From: the human T2T-CHM13v2.0 reference genome, Homo sapiens
Direction: 5' to 3' (one strand)
DNA length: 64,000 bases
NCBI RefSeq assembly: GCF_009914755.1
Contig: NC_060929.1
Shown here: piece by piece, positions 43,403-59,107 of the stretch
How the letters are laid out: every line of letters starts with the position of its first letter
Numbering within the stretch: the stretch's first letter is position 1
Made by a program: the position numbers and the translations under genes
Notes under the pieces: model-generated
Seen by the model: the letters and a program-made list of their open reading frames with translations, nothing else
Databases searched by the model: none
Told to the model about the DNA's origin: nothing

Positions 43403-43515
43403 ACTTAATAATACCTGGGTGATGAAGTAATATATACAAGAAACCCCTCTGACATGTATTTACCTAGGTAAGAAACCTTCGTGTGTACCCCCGAACCTAA
43501 AATAAAGTTAAAAAA
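43403..43515 (+). mobile_element. Short L1 3' terminal fragment
   Basis: tacctgggtgatgaa...tgtacccccgaacctaaaataaagttaaaaaa. Confidence 0.8.
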
Positions 43516-43522
43516 GGGTGAC

Positions 43523-43887
43523 TGATATGGTTTGGCTATGTCCCCACCCAAATCTCCTCTTGAATTGTAGCTCCCTTAATTCCCACATGTTGTAGGAGGG
43601 ACCCAGTGGGAGGTAATTAATCATGAGGCTGGGTCTTTCCTCGTGCTGTTCTCATGATAGTGAATAAGTCACACTAGATCTGATGGTTTTATAAAGGGGA
43701 GTTCCCCTGTACACGCTGTCTTTGCCTGTCACCATGTAAGATGTGACTTTGCTCTTCCTTTGTCTTCTGCCATGATCATGAGGCCTCCCCAGCCATGTGA
43801 AACTGTGAGTCAGTTAAACCTCTTTCCTTTATAAATTATCCAGTCTTGGTTATATCTTTATTAGTAGCGTGAGAATGGACTAATACG
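43523..43887 (+). mobile_element. THE1B-like MaLR solo LTR
   Basis: tgatatggtttggctatgtccccacccaaatctc...agcgtgagaatggactaatac. Confidence 0.93.
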
Positions 43888-44689
43888 GGGACAAAACACC
43901 TATTATAGTACTTAAGCATGGCCTGCAACACAAACTGACAACTTAGGACTCTTGCCTTTAGAAAGGAATTACAACCTAAGGATGGTTAAATTGCAGCATC
44001 ACTGCTTTCAGTCTTTGGTATTATGGTCATAGTTTGGGAGAATGTTTGAATTACCTTAATTCATGCAGTTTAAGGTCATTCAGAGCTTTTTGCTATTAAT
44101 ATGTATAAAAACCCCTACTAAATAATTTTCATAAAACTGATAAATAGTGTTTATTCCAACAAAGACATATATGAGAAAATTTTCAGTTTATTCTTTCAAA
44201 AGTTTTAACTAATATTTTAAGAGTGTTTGAAAGTTGATGCTGTGTATTTATTTGAACTGTTCTTTTTTTTAAATACTGTAACTGCTCAAGATTACTTTAG
44301 ATGAACACCTGGCACCTAAACCGGGTATAAACAAAATGGAAACAAATAAAACCTTACAAAGCTGTAAATCTGACATGGAAATATACTATGCCAAAGGGCA
44401 CACTTCATCTGGGCTCTTTAAGGTGAAACAACTCCCAGTTTTCAGCCAGAGCAGTGACCTGGCCTTAGTATATTGTGCTATTGTACAACAGTCTTTATCT
44501 GCTTCACATCACTCAAGTTCTGTTTAACTTTTTGTTGTTGTTGTTGTTGTTATATTTTCATTCTAATTCTTAGAACAAAAAGAAATCCTTTTACAGAGTA
44601 TGATACCTTGAACTAGAAGAGCCACTTAAGTATATGTGAACCAATATCTAGAGTGTGACATACCTATTAAATCTTAAAGAAGGAAAAAA

Positions 44690-45570
<881 letters not shown>

Positions 45571-48500
45571 CTTGCTGAGATGGACTATTAAGCCAAAAAG
45601 GATTTAACATTTTCTATGTATTGTTACTTCACACTTCAGCATATAGTGAATAAGGAACTAGAGGAAAAGAAAGTTTAAGGCATATTTGTTTTTAAAACTT
45701 ACCTGTTTTAATCTTCTACTGCAGGGAACATAGAGCTTACATTCTAGTACTAACCCTTAGTTTTTTGTTTTGCAGAAAATCCTGAAGCTGCTCTCTTTAC
45801 CATAGGATCAGAGTGGTATTGCAAAAAGAGTAGGGGAAGAATGGTGAAGTTAGAGAGCTTTCCCACCTTTCCCTAATTGTGTTTTTAAAAGTTTAACTTA
45901 TTCAGGATTACTCTCCCAGAACTTGGCAATATAGGATTTAAACACAGATATCCTTGACTTAACTGCCATATTATACCTCCGTTGAGATGAGGGTTAAGGA
46001 ATGGGATATTAGAATGGTGTACCAAGGATATAGAAAGTAGGTGCAAGGGGATAGGTGAGAGTTTGATATCCTGATAACTGCAGGAACTTTTGTACACATG
46101 GTTGCATGTCTGCCGGAATTGGTAGAAAGTGTTAGAAAAATAGACTGGGGCCAGGTCATGACGGGCCTTGTATGGCGTATTTGGAAATGGACTCTGTCCT
46201 TTAGATGGTAGAAAACAATACAAAGATTTAAAGTTGGAAAGTTACATGATTAGGGTTTGTTTTTGGGAGATCACCATTGTATAATAATAACATGGAAAAT
46301 AAACTGGGAGGAGCCAAGGTTAGAGATTGAGGAGACAGACATGACATGATGAAAACCTTGAAGCAGTGTTCTGTTTGATAGGTAATTTGCATCCATCAAA
46401 CAGTTTTTCAGACATCTACAATATCCAAGTGGCATAAAGCTCTCAGCTGAGCCAGATAGTTAGCTGTGTGTATACAAAGAAATCTATATAAAACACAAGA
46501 TTAGAGAAAGTACAGTAGCTTCATGGAACATGGAGAGATTAATTTTGAATTTATGGATTAGGAAGTCTGCATGTATGCAAGTAGCATTAATTTTAGGCCT
46601 TGAAGAAGGGGTAGAGTTTGAATAAGAGGAAATGGGTGGGGAAGGGAATTTCCAGAAGAGGAAACTGAGAAAAGTACAGGGTGTATTTGAGGAATAATCT
46701 ATTGTGACCAGAGGAGAGAATATAGTTGGAAATAAAGCTGGAAAAGATAGGTTGGAACCAGATAATGATTTACCTTCCTGTATAATAAACTGTAAATACA
46801 ACTCATTTTGCTTTATTTGTGTGTTATTTCAAGTGTACAGATAAACATATTAATAGATTAATTTTTTTAAAACTAGAGTAAATCAATTTGAAGGATTCAA
46901 GGCTGGATTAATATTGAATTTCTGCATTTTTGGAAAAGAGTAATATGAGTAGGAAGGTTTGTTAAGATTACTATTTTAGATTATTATTTTACTTTTTACA
47001 ATTTGAAAATGAATATCAAATCACTACAGTAAATGAGGTAATGGTTTAGTGAGAAGAATGAATTTACATAGCACGATTAAAACAAATTTTATTTCTAGCA
47101 CTAGGCTAGAATTTATTTGAATAACAAATGTTACTCAAATTTAATGACAACTGTGATCTATGAATATTTAGGTTCTGATGCCAGCATTGTTTGCTAGAAA
47201 TGAGATCTGAGTAAACCAATTTTTCTGAATCTCCTGCTTCCTCATCAGTAAAATGCAATCAATACCTGCCCTTCCTATTTCAGTAGTGTTTTGATAAGGT
47301 CAAATGAAATGTGTACATGAGACCACTTTTAAAACGTAATGCCATTGATGGCCTGTGATTATAAAGTTGAAAGTACCATTGATACCACACAGTCCAGTTC
47401 TGTCATTTAACAACCATAGAGCAGCTCACTGTCTGATACTCTCTTCCAACCATGGCGTATTTCAAAGTAAAATTAAAAATTAATTTGTCAGGTAATTGAC
47501 AATAGTTATTAAGCCTATATGGCAACCAGAGTATTATCTTTTAAGCGACTGTATTTAAAGGGTGTAGTTCCAATGAAGTAGAATTAATGAAGCCAGTCTA
47601 TAGGGATAGGGAAACAAGACAAGCCTACCTACAAAATTAGTAGCTATTATCCTTCATAAGCATCCTGGTTTTCCCACCTCCTACATCCCTCTGTTGGATA
47701 CAGAGAATGACTTGGCATCAGATGCAATTACTGCCTAACTCATGCTCTGTAAAACATGAGCACATGAAATTAAGAAAGTAATACATTAAAAAGTACCAAA
47801 TAGTATAAACAGACTGAGCACTCTAAATACATAGGGAATCTCTGTAAAATGTTAAGTCAAGTGAAGTTAAATAGAATTTTCCTGAAGGTGCGTTTTAAGG
47901 CAGGTTTATGCTGCCAACCAGCCGGAACTCAAACTGGAGTAAGTAGGATATAAGAGTAATTTTGCTAGTGAAAGGAATGGTCTCTTTTAAGATAATATTT
48001 GCTAATTGTATTTTATAAAAATTGTTAATTATTTTTATTTCTTTTGTTTAATTTTGAATGTTTATAAAAAATGAAAGCATTATATTTGAGAACATCCTGT
48101 TTATAATAAAAACTTTATGACAACCTCATAGAACAAAAATAACGTGTCTACCAATGTGATTATAGATATGTTCACTGAAGGAAACAAATTTAAAAGATAA
48201 AGTTCTAACTTTATCTAGCTAGTGAATGCAAGTGTTTTATTTTAGAAACATAAATGTCCTTGCTGAAAACCCAATGACATTTATTGCTTAGGAAAACATC
48301 TTGCTTTATTTTTTCCATCTATGTGTTTTTTAAATATAGCACTTATAGAAACACTTCAAATCTTACTAAAGAAAACAAACATAAAATGTCACTCTTTAAA
48401 AGAAAGCATTGGTAATAAAGTCTTCCTCTTTTAATATTATTATTTTACTAGAGTATTTACAATATTAGAACTTTGTTATGCCAAGAGTTTTAAGATATAG

Positions 48501-48765
48501 CTTAAGAGTTTTAAGATATTGTTTTAGAAGATTTTTTTCTGTATGTTATTCATTTATGAATGGAATATTTTTATGGACTAACATTACTTGATTTTCTGCA
48601 TTCAGCAAGATGGTGAATGATTAGTAAGTGGACTACTAAAGATGGTTGTGCATATTGTGACCTGAAAAGGGAAGCTTAGTTATGGAATGTGAGTATGGGC
48701 TGAAATCTAGCTGGGGCTCTACTCACCAAGCCTTCTGCACTGGTGTGAGGGTATGTCAGTCCTAA

Positions 48766-49169
<404 letters not shown>

Positions 49170-49689
49170 AGTAAGTGTTCTTTTCTAATTCACAGAAAGG
49201 TGCCTCTCAAGGTAGCCTGTGGATACATTTAAGAAGTAAAAGAAAATGAGCAAGTAGGTATAATGGCATGTTTTCCCAAAAGCTACAGCACAGTAAATCA
49301 GGTGTGTCAAATTTTTAGTAACATATAAGGCAACTTGGAGACCGTATGTTGCAATGGAAAGAGCTGTGGGAGGGAGTTTGGAAACCATGCTTATAGTTTT
49401 GCATGTCTCTTCCCCAACTATTTGACACTGGGTGTTCTTTTCTTAAAAATGAAAGAATTGAACTACCTGCTACCTTTAAGGGTGCATCTAGGTCTCAACT
49501 TCTGTGAAAGTTATATCTGGAACGTGGTAAGCAGGGAGAGGTTGGAACTAACAATTTACCAAATTGGCAAGTTTCCTATGTTATTAAAAGTCCTTGAGAT
49601 ATATGTTTACATGATCTGTATTAGTATGGCTTGAAATCATGTAGTTCTCCAACTTCCTTTTTTCTACTTATTTAATTTGCTCCTTCTGC

Positions 49690-50214
49690 TCTTCCCCTTT
49701 TTCTTCTTGTCTGTTTTGGGGTTTTGTTTTTTAGCTTTTAAAGATGGAAGTTTAGATGATTGATTCTGAACCCCTCTTCTTTTCTGATATATGCATTTAA
49801 AACTTGAAATTTCCCTCTCAGCACTGCTTTGTCTGCATCTCACCAATTTTGATATGTTGTTAGGATGGTTGGTTTTGTAAGTCAGCTTGGTGGGGCGATG
49901 GACTCCAGTTATTCCATCAAAAACTAATCTAGGTGTTGGTATGAAGTTATTTTGTAGTTGTGATTAACGTCTACAATCAGTGACTTAGGTAAAGCAGATT
50001 ATCACAGATAATCTGGGGACCTGGTTCAATCATTTGAAAGTCCAAAGAGCAGAGCTCAGACTTCCCTGAAAAAGAATAAATTTCGTCTGTGAATAGTAGC
50101 TTCAGTTCATGCCCAAAAGTTCCAGCACGCCCTTCCTGATGGCTTGCTTGCTCTACAGGTTTCAGATCTGCCTAGGCAGCTCCCACAATTGTATAAGCTA
50201 ATTCTTTGTAATAA

Positions 50215-50257
<43 letters not shown>

Positions 50258-50640
50258 CATCCATCAATTATCTATTTATCTGTCTTCTACTGGTTCTGTT
50301 TCTCTGGTTGAACCTGGACTGACAAAATTGTGTTCTCATTTTCATTCAGCTCAAAATGTTTCTTAATTTCCCTTGTGACTTTTTCTTTGACCTGTGGGTT
50401 ATTTAGAAGTATGCTGTTTAATTTCTAAATATTTGGGAATTTCTCAAATATTTTTTTGTTACTGATGTCTACATTAATTTCATTGTGGTCAGAGGACATA
50501 TTCTGTATGATTTCAGTTATTTGACATTTATTGAGACTTGTTTTTTGTCCCATCATATAGTGAATCTTGGTGTATGTTCCATGTACACTTGAAAAGAATG
50601 TGTATTCTGCTGTGGTTGTTTGGAATGTCCTCTAAATGCC
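49690..50640 (-). mobile_element. Old L1M fragment interrupted by an MLT2 LTR
   Basis: aatttccctctcagcactgcttt; atttagaagtatgctgtttaattt; cttgaaaagaatgtgtattctgctg. Confidence 0.8.
49856..50325 (+). mobile_element. MLT2 (MLT2D-like) LTR containing (TCTA)n at about 50216-50256
   Basis: actaatctaggtgttg; taaagcagattatc; tggttctgtttctctgg terminus. Confidence 0.8.
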
Positions 50641-51886
50641 CCCAATATTTTTGATGGCACTTTAGACTTGCATGTTAATGTTTAGATTATACCTAGAAAC
50701 TTGCAAATTTCCTTGATCAATCAGTTTTTTTGACAGGATTGCATTCTTGAGAAACTAAATGACAAGTAGTAAGTTCTGACTTTATAGTTCACTAATTATT
50801 TTGGTTAATAAGTTAGTAGTAATTTTTAACTTTGGTGTTTTTTTGTTTTTTTTTTTTGCTAATATCACAATGTAATACAACTGTTAGTTTCATGTCTTCT
50901 GCTTTCAGTTTTATCCTGTATAATACTTAGAAATCTTAGTTTCCTTTTCATTATCCAAGATAAATTTTTAGTTGGTAAATTTTCTTGGACGTGTCCTCCT
51001 TAATTTTCTTCAGAGCATTGTGTGTATATGTGTGTGGCAATTTTGTTGTCTCACCCTAAGAAAAGAAAAAGTAAATGGAAATGAAAAAGCAAATCAGCAT
51101 ATTCTTCTCTGGAACAATTTTTTCCCACTTTTAAGCAAATTGTAGTAACCTAGGTTAAAATTGCCTTTTGAATTTTCAATGTGTTTTTCTTTTAAACAAG
51201 CGCATTGAAAGAAAATAGAAAGTTAACATAGCAGGTCTTCGCATCCTTTCCTTAGAAGATTCCCCCAATCCTCTAAATAACATACTTGATATTTGTATTT
51301 AATTTACAATTCATTTAACACAAAATTGTAAACTTCTCTAATGAGTAGGAAAATGGAGTAGATAATCTGTTTAAGTTTCAATGAATTGAGAATATTATTC
51401 ACATTTGAGATTTGGAAGGTACCTAGAACCATCTGACCCAGTATCTTACCTAGCCTCAGAACTCATCGTACTGGAATTTATCCCATGTCATAAGCTTTTA
51501 TACCACGTTTGCATGAGTTTTATTTTTCCATGTTGTTTCTTTTCCCATTACCATTAGCAATTGAAACTTGACTATAAAAAAAGGACTTGTTTGTAGGAAT
51601 CAGGAATACTACATTTTTATAGAGGAAGGAGTATTGCTTTGGAGTTAAACACATCCAGGTTGGAATACCAGCTGTACCACTTTTTAACTTAGTATCTTTG
51701 CCTGACTTATTTAATCTCTGATCCTCAGTTTCCTTATTTTAAAACAGAAATAAAAACAGCTATTTTACCAGATTGTTGTAATGCTAATATGAATTAGTAG
51801 GCATTTAATAAATTGTAGCTATTTAAATTATATTATATCATATTCTCTTTTTCTGTTTTCAAGATACTACATACTTATTGAGGACA

Positions 51887-52250
51887 CAGTAGTCGACCTA
51901 TATCCATGGTTTTGCTTTCCATAGTTTTGATTGCCCACAGTCCAGAAATATTAAATGGAAAATTCCAGAAATATATAATTCATAAGTTTTAAATTGCATG
52001 CTGTTCTGAGTAGTGTGATGAAATCTTACACCATCCTGCTTTGTGCTGCCCAAGATAAGAATCGTTCCTTTGTGCAATGTATCCATGCTTTATATGCTAG
52101 CTGCCTGGTAGTCACTTAGTAGTAGCCATCTTGGTATCAAATTGAGAAACATAGTATATATGGGGTTTTATACTATGCGTGCTTTCCGCAGTTTTATCCA
52201 CTGGGAGTCTTGGAATGTATCCCTCTTGGATAAGGCAGGGGGACTATGTA
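51887..52250 (+). mobile_element. MER44 (Tigger-derived) DNA transposon
   Basis: cagtagtc...aaatattaaatggaaaattccagaaata...gttctgagtagtgtgatgaaatct...gggggacta. Confidence 0.85.
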
Positions 52251-52507
52251 TTCTCTAATAATTTTCAGAATTTTTCAGGTGATTCTTTCTGAATGCGTTC
52301 ATTTTACTATGTGACATTTTTAATTTAAGAAAAATGTATTAGGCATTTTTAAAGTAGCTAGGATGAGTCATTTATACTACCATTGTTTTCCTATTAAGTA
52401 GTACTTAATCCTCTGTCCCACTTAATCTTCCTATGCCAAATGTTTACAGCACCTAAATAGAATTATGGAAGTTTAAAGTTGAAAGAACCATATTAACTGT
52501 CTCCCAG

Positions 52508-52736
52508 TGTCTTAGTCCGTTTGGACTCCTATAACAAAATACCATAGTCCGGCTGGCTTATAAATAACTGAATTTTTTTTTTCTCACAGTTCTGGAGGCT
52601 GGGAAGTCCAAGATTCAGGCACTGGCAGATTTAATGTCTAGTGAGTGCTCACTTCCTTGTTCATAGGCAGCTGTCTTTTGCTGCATCCTCAAATGGCAGA
52701 GGGGGCTTGAGACCTCTCTTGGGCCTCTTTTATAAG
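52508..52736 (-). mobile_element. Truncated MLT1A-like LTR
   Basis: tgtcttagtccgtttgg...ctcacagttctggaggctgggaagtccaagat...gcctcttttataag. Confidence 0.85.
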
Positions 52737-53783
52737 TAGGATTAATGCCCTTATAAAAGAGGCCCAAGACAGATTGTAAACATTCAGAGAATAGTACCCA
52801 GTTTCCTTATTTTACAGATAAAGCTTTTATGAATAGAAGATAAGTGACTTGTTCAAGATTATTTTGTTATTGACAACCTAGGTCATCTGAGTCTGAATGT
52901 AAATCTGGCTTAGTTTTACCTGTACTATCCTCTGAAAGTTCCCAGGCCACTCACCAGTTTACAACAACACATCAAATTCAGAAACAGTTACTATATTCAC
53001 ATTATTTCCCTCTACCCATAAAATAGTTAATCAAAAGAGTACATGCAAGCAAAAGGGCAGGAAGCCACCTAGAGAAGCTGATCACAGCCATCTGTGGTAT
53101 GAGGTATATGGTAAATATTCAACCATTTATTTAATGGAATGAGTGAATGTTGAATCTGTGATCATGCAAATGATAATATCAATGTACAAAATGAAAATGT
53201 GATTTTTAAAATTTCTGTATTTATTTGAACCAGATTGTATTATAACAGGATAGTTAGATTGCTAATGTCATTTCTTATAAAATGATTTTTCATGATTTGA
53301 ATTTTCTAAAAACAAGCCTAACTTCTACCTTTTATGACTCATGTGTTTTATTCTTTTTCTTGTGAGATTATTTGTTAGGTCCAGGAAATTCAGTCAATTT
53401 CCAATTTTAGAATTAATGGCTTAATGTCAGTACTGACTCAACTTATGAATGGATCATGTTTGTAATTTTATTTGTATGTTATTTAGAATAGGTAAAATTT
53501 CCCTCCAGAAACAGGCTATAATTGATGTTAATTTTTCCCCAATTTGAAAAATTTAATTTGGGATCTGTTAGAACTCTACTAGTAAAAAAACAGGTATCGA
53601 GAAAGAAATATGTAACTTACATTTGTATACATATACAAATGTGTGTATATATGTAAAATACATGGAATACCGTTAGAACTACACAGAAGGCCTCATATAC
53701 TTAATTGCTGAATATATGCTGACAATAACTTCAATGCTGAGAACTTCCTGAGGAAGGAAAATCACTTTAATACTTTTATTCAC

Positions 53784-55070
53784 TTTTTTTTTTTTTTTTT
53801 TTTACTATAAGTTCTGGGATACATGTACAGAACATGCAGGTTTGTTACATAGGTATACACGTGTCATGGTGGTTTGCTGCACCCATCAACCCGTCACCTA
53901 CATTAGGTATTTCTTCTAATGCTATCCCTCCCCTAGCCTCCCACCCCTCTACAGGCCCCATTGTGTGATGTTCCCCTCCCTGTGTCCATGTGTTATCATT
54001 GTTCAACTCCCACTTAAAAGTGAGAACATGCTGTGTTTGGTTTTCTGTTCTTGTGTTAGTTTGCTGAGAATGGTGGTTTCCAGCTTCATCCATGTCCCTG
54101 CAAAGAACATGAACTCATCTTTTTTTTTTTTTTCGCTATGCCATTTTTTTTTCTTTTCTTTTCCATTCTTTTTTTTTTTAATTATACTTTAAGTTCTAGG
54201 ATACATGTGCACAACGTGCAGGTTTGTTACATATGTATACATGTGCCATGTTGGTGTGCTGCACCCGTTAACTCGTCATTTACATTAGGTATATCTCCTA
54301 ATGCTATCCCTCCCCCGGCCCCCCATGACAGGCCCCTGTGTGTGATGTTCCCTACCGTGTGTCCAAGTATTCTCATTGTTCAAGTCCCACCTATGAGTGA
54401 GAACATGCAGTATTTGGTTTTCTATCCTTGCGATAGTTTGACAAACCTGACAAAAACAAGAAATGGGGAAAGGATTCCCTATTTAATAAATGGTGCTGGG
54501 AAAACTGGCTAGCCATATGTGGAAAGCTGAAACTGGATTCTTTCTTTACACCTTATAGAAAAATTAATTCAAGATGGATTAAAGACTTAAATGTTAGACC
54601 TAAAACCATAAAAACCCTAGAAGAAAACCTAGACAACCCCATTCATGACAGGCATGGGCAAGGACTTCATGACTAAAACACTGAAAGCAATGGCAACAAA
54701 AGCCAAAATTGACAAATGGGATCTAATTAAACTAAAGAGCTTCTGCACAGCAAAAGAAACTACCATCAGAGTGAACAGGCCACCTACAGAATGGGAGAAA
54801 ATTTTTACAATCTACCCATCTGACAAAGGGCTAATATCCAGAATCTACAAAGAACTTAAACAAATTTACAAGAAAAAATCAAACAACCCCATCAAAAAGT
54901 GGGCAAAGGATATGAACAGACACTTCTCAAAGGAAGACATTTATGCAGCCAACAGACACATGAACTCATCCTTTTTTATGGCTGCATAGTATTCCATGTT
55001 GTATATGTGCCACATTTTCTTAGTCCAGTCTATCATTGATGGACATTTGGGTTGGTTCTAAGTCTTGCTA
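53784..55070 (-). mobile_element. L1PA 3'UTR fragment (host) split by a second, 5'-inverted L1PA (54120-54964)
   Basis: Two antisense L1PA 3' ends with poly-T; sense ORF2 segment 54437-54964 (ORF 54645..54989); acatgaactcatc duplicated at 54107-54119 and 54958-54970. Confidence 0.92.
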
Positions 55071-55535
55071 TACATTTATTGAGCATCTGATGTGTGATTA
55101 GGGCACATTTAAAAATGATATGTCTCAGCTGGTTCTTCAAGGATTTGAATATGTTGTCTATTATATTATGTTATGCTTGTATCAGTAATTGCCTTACATT
55201 ACAAATATGGTTTATTTTTGAGCCACACATTTGATTTTGTGTACTTCAGACATTCAGTAGTGCTCAAACAGGTTTACTCCTCATCAAACCTGTGATAGTT
55301 TTCTAGCTTATTATTTCTATTTTCTGCTTAGTGAAAATGCCATTTTTCAAAATGTTGTATGACAATTTCTTGAATTATAGAATTATAATTGCTAAGGTAA
55401 TTTTCATGTTTGCTGGTTAGTACATTTTCTTCCCCTTAGGGAAGTTGAAAATCCCTACTTTCCTCCCCTCCCCCCACCACCATGTGTATATATACACACT
55501 CACTCACACTTGTAGAAGAGAGTGTAGTTTTATTC

Positions 55536-55617
55536 AGCATTTCTTAAAGTTTTTGGCCTCAGGACCCTTTACAATCTTAAAAATTATTGAGGACTCCAAA
55601 AAGCTTTTATTTATTTG

Positions 55618-55656
<39 letters not shown>

Positions 55657-57057
55657 CAGACACATAGATAGATATGGATATAGATATAGATATTTACTTT
55701 ATTAGAAATTAAAACAGAAATTTTAAAAAACATTTGAAAAATTACCTATAAGGTTTTATGTTGATTACCTGGGTGACAAAATTATCTATACACCAAACCC
55801 CTGTGACACACAATTGACTCATGTAACAAACCTGCTCATGTACCCCTTGAACCTAAAATAAAAGTTGGAAAGGAAAACTAATAATAAACTCCATTAAATC
55901 TTCACATAAAAAACATACATTTTAGAAAAAAATAACCATTTTGCCAAAAAAAATTGAGTGGTTTTATTTTACATTTTTATAACTAATAACTGGTTTAATA
56001 GAAGGCAGCTGGATTCCTATATCTGCCTCTTTATTCACTCTGTTGTATGTACTATGTTGTCTTGGTCAAGCTGTAGAAGGCAAATCTGGCTTTACATAGA
56101 TATATAATGTGAGAAAGGAGGACTATTTAATAGCACATATATTTGTGGTTATTCTTTTTTTAATACTTAACCAAAACTCAACAAGTAGTAATTTCTTATA
56201 AGTTGCATGCAATGTAAAATCTAAAACCAAATAAATAAACCCTTCCTAGTCTCTTGTACATTAAAATCCATTGGTTTATTTTGCACTTTAAATGAATCTT
56301 TTACCCATGTGTGATTTTGTAATATTGTGCATTAGTCATGTGGAAAGCATTGATCCATCAAGTTATGCAGATCTTCCAAATGTTGATACATCTTGTTCTG
56401 TAATATCCAAAAAATCACATTTGTTAATGTCATCCCTTATTTTCAAAAACATCTTTCAGTGTTTCGGTAATTCCAAGGTAGTGGTTTTGAGTTTTCTAAA
56501 ATTCCAACTTTTGCTTGAAAGCTCAAATTTTATTATTGTCTACTAATAGTTTGTCTTTTTTTTTTAAATGAGAAGTTCACTTTGTTTCCAGATTAGAATA
56601 ACAAAGTTTGTCAGTTTTTCTTTCAAATATCGAGTATACCATAAAGAAAACCAGTTTTAGCTCACAATTCATATATTCGCACAAGTGTTTTTCTTCAAAA
56701 CAACTATCATACTTATGTCTGCAGTAGAAGTGCTTTGTGCATACTTCTGTTCCATAACACAAAATACTGTATTCAAGTTGGAACTTCATAAAATTAATAT
56801 TTTTTTTACTGCTTCATCAAGGATATTAAATGAAACTGGCATTTTTTAAAAACTACTGTGAGCAGAGACAAATACAATGACTTTTAGACTTTGCTACACC
56901 GCTTTGACTCATGCAGCAGTTGTACCCTCAGTACAAATGTCAAAACAGTGAAAGAGCAAATCACATTTAATATTATTAAAATACTATTTACCTCATAGAC
57001 GCTCTTGAAATGATTTCAGAGTTTCCCAGGGTCCACAAACCATACTTATGAACTGCT
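55536..57057. mobile_element. Charlie1-like hAT DNA transposon containing (AGAT)n and an L1 3' fragment (about 55745-55875)
   Basis: tttttggcctcaggaccc...tcttaaaaattattgaggac start; ccagggtccacaaaccatactt end. Confidence 0.75.
55618..55655. repeat. (AGAT)n tetranucleotide STR
   Basis: about 9 perfect units. Confidence 0.95.
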
Positions 57058-59107
57058 TATATAGTGGCTTAAGAGCATAGAGCACAGACTCTAGGACCAA
57101 ACAAATCTGGCTCTGCCGAGCTATGAAATCTAGAGATCTAGAGCAAGTTGTAACCTGAGTTTTCTCGTTTGTAAAGTGAACTTATAATAGTATTACATTA
57201 TAGGATTTGTGTGAAGTTACATGATTTAAAATATGTAAAGCTCTTAGAACAGTAACTGGTAGATGGTAAGCCCACGTATTTCCAAATTATTTTGTATTAT
57301 ACACACATACCCCCCCACACAGATTTATGTATGTATTCCATTGGTTCTGGATATTTGAAAACTCCATTCAGGTTCATCTCACTGCTTTCAAATCAGCTCA
57401 TGCTTAAACCAGAACAGATAAATGACACATAGTTTAGTTCTAAAGATCCTCAGATACAGTTCTTTCTGTATTTTGTTTATACTATTTTAGGTTGTAAAGC
57501 ACCCACTTTGAATTTCTTTGATATCAGCGATGGAGGAATAAATGCCACCATCTGTATATAACTGGATTCTCTTATTGACCAATGCATGCTTTTGAGATTA
57601 TTCCTTCAGCAATTTAAATGTCCTTGAGAGGTATTTGGTGTGGTATAAAGAGGTTGTTAGATTGTTTTGCACTTCAGTGTTAAGTGATGGCACAACTTGG
57701 TTAATCTTAGAAGTTAAACAACCACTTGTATTGTTCTATGTAGGCTTTTATTTTCAGTTTATGTATTCTTTGCAACCTAGATTTATTTGGAAGTTGGTAA
57801 CTCAGGGACATACTCAAATAGTTTTGATTTTCTTTTTCCTGTGACCTTCACCCAGAACTTTGTGCTGAAGCTAGTTACCATTTTTGCCACACAATGTAGG
57901 AGAATGTTGAGTGTCTGAATATAATCAAAATTATTCTTTCCTTAAGTTAGACCCATCATTTATTCAGAACATATAAGCTCTTAATTGCTCCTGTCTTTCT
58001 TGAACATTTGCCGGAACTTCTGATTGAAAGTAAAAGTACCTAACCATACTTTTGGGGCCAACAGGAAACTTTATTATATTGATCATTAATAACACTGGAT
58101 GAAATTGTTCTGTTAGAATAGTAAATGAGAATTACCAAAAATAATATGTATAGTATCACTAAACATGAGATGGAGGAAAAATCAGCTGTGAATTGTTTTA
58201 TGGAAGCAATCTCAAAAGTTGTCATGCCCCTCGCTTTTTTTTTTTAAAGAAATCACATTATATCATGAATATTCAAATACATTCTAAAGAAAGTAAAACC
58301 AAATTAAGAAAAAAAACTTTCAGGCTTTATTGAATCATATCTGTTTGCGTAATAAGGTAACAAGTACAACTTTTTTCTGTGATTTTTGTAACCAGCTGCA
58401 TAACTCTGCTCTTTTCTGATTTGAACTTTCAGTGAACTCCTCTGTAAAGCTCTGATATTAAGTCTCCTCATACTACCTTAGTATTCTTTTATGTATCATA
58501 AACACAAAGATAACTTTTTCTTTCTTTTTTAAACTAAGGGAACTTTGATGTAATTTTCTAGGTCCCTCCAAGAGATCTGGAATAACCTCATATTTTGTTT
58601 TAACCTCATGTTTATAATTTAGTTTTTGGAGTCCTATGAAACACCTTTCACTCTAAGTTAAAGTAGATGATAATCACTCTTGTTAGTTTGGCCAAAAGGT
58701 AATGCTCAGTACAGTGACACATTCAAAAAGAAAGTGGAGCGATTTCCAAGCATTTATCTTAACTGTATTTTTACTGATATCTGCCCTTCCTTGTCTTTCT
58801 GCTGTTTGTTTCTGTTGAAACTAGAGTGTTTCTTTGTAAACTCCAAGGACACATGTGTATTCTATACCTAGGATCCAAAAGTTTCCCATTCAAATGCTTA
58901 TACTATCCTGTTTCTTCAGGCTGTGTACACCTAAGCTCTTAATCCTTTCCCCTGAGCCATCTCCAAAAGCAAGCTTTATATTTGGTGAAGCAAGAATTGT
59001 TTCTAAAGATTGTCCTTGGATTCAGTTGTAGAACAGGAAAAGAGTTTGCAATTCTGGGAGTGTCCCTGGGTCCTACCGCCAAAACAACTGAAGGTTTCTG
59101 GAGATTG

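Noticed and set aside
54645-54989. 114-aa ORF as a separate gene
   Set aside because: Fragment of the L1 ORF2 C-terminal region
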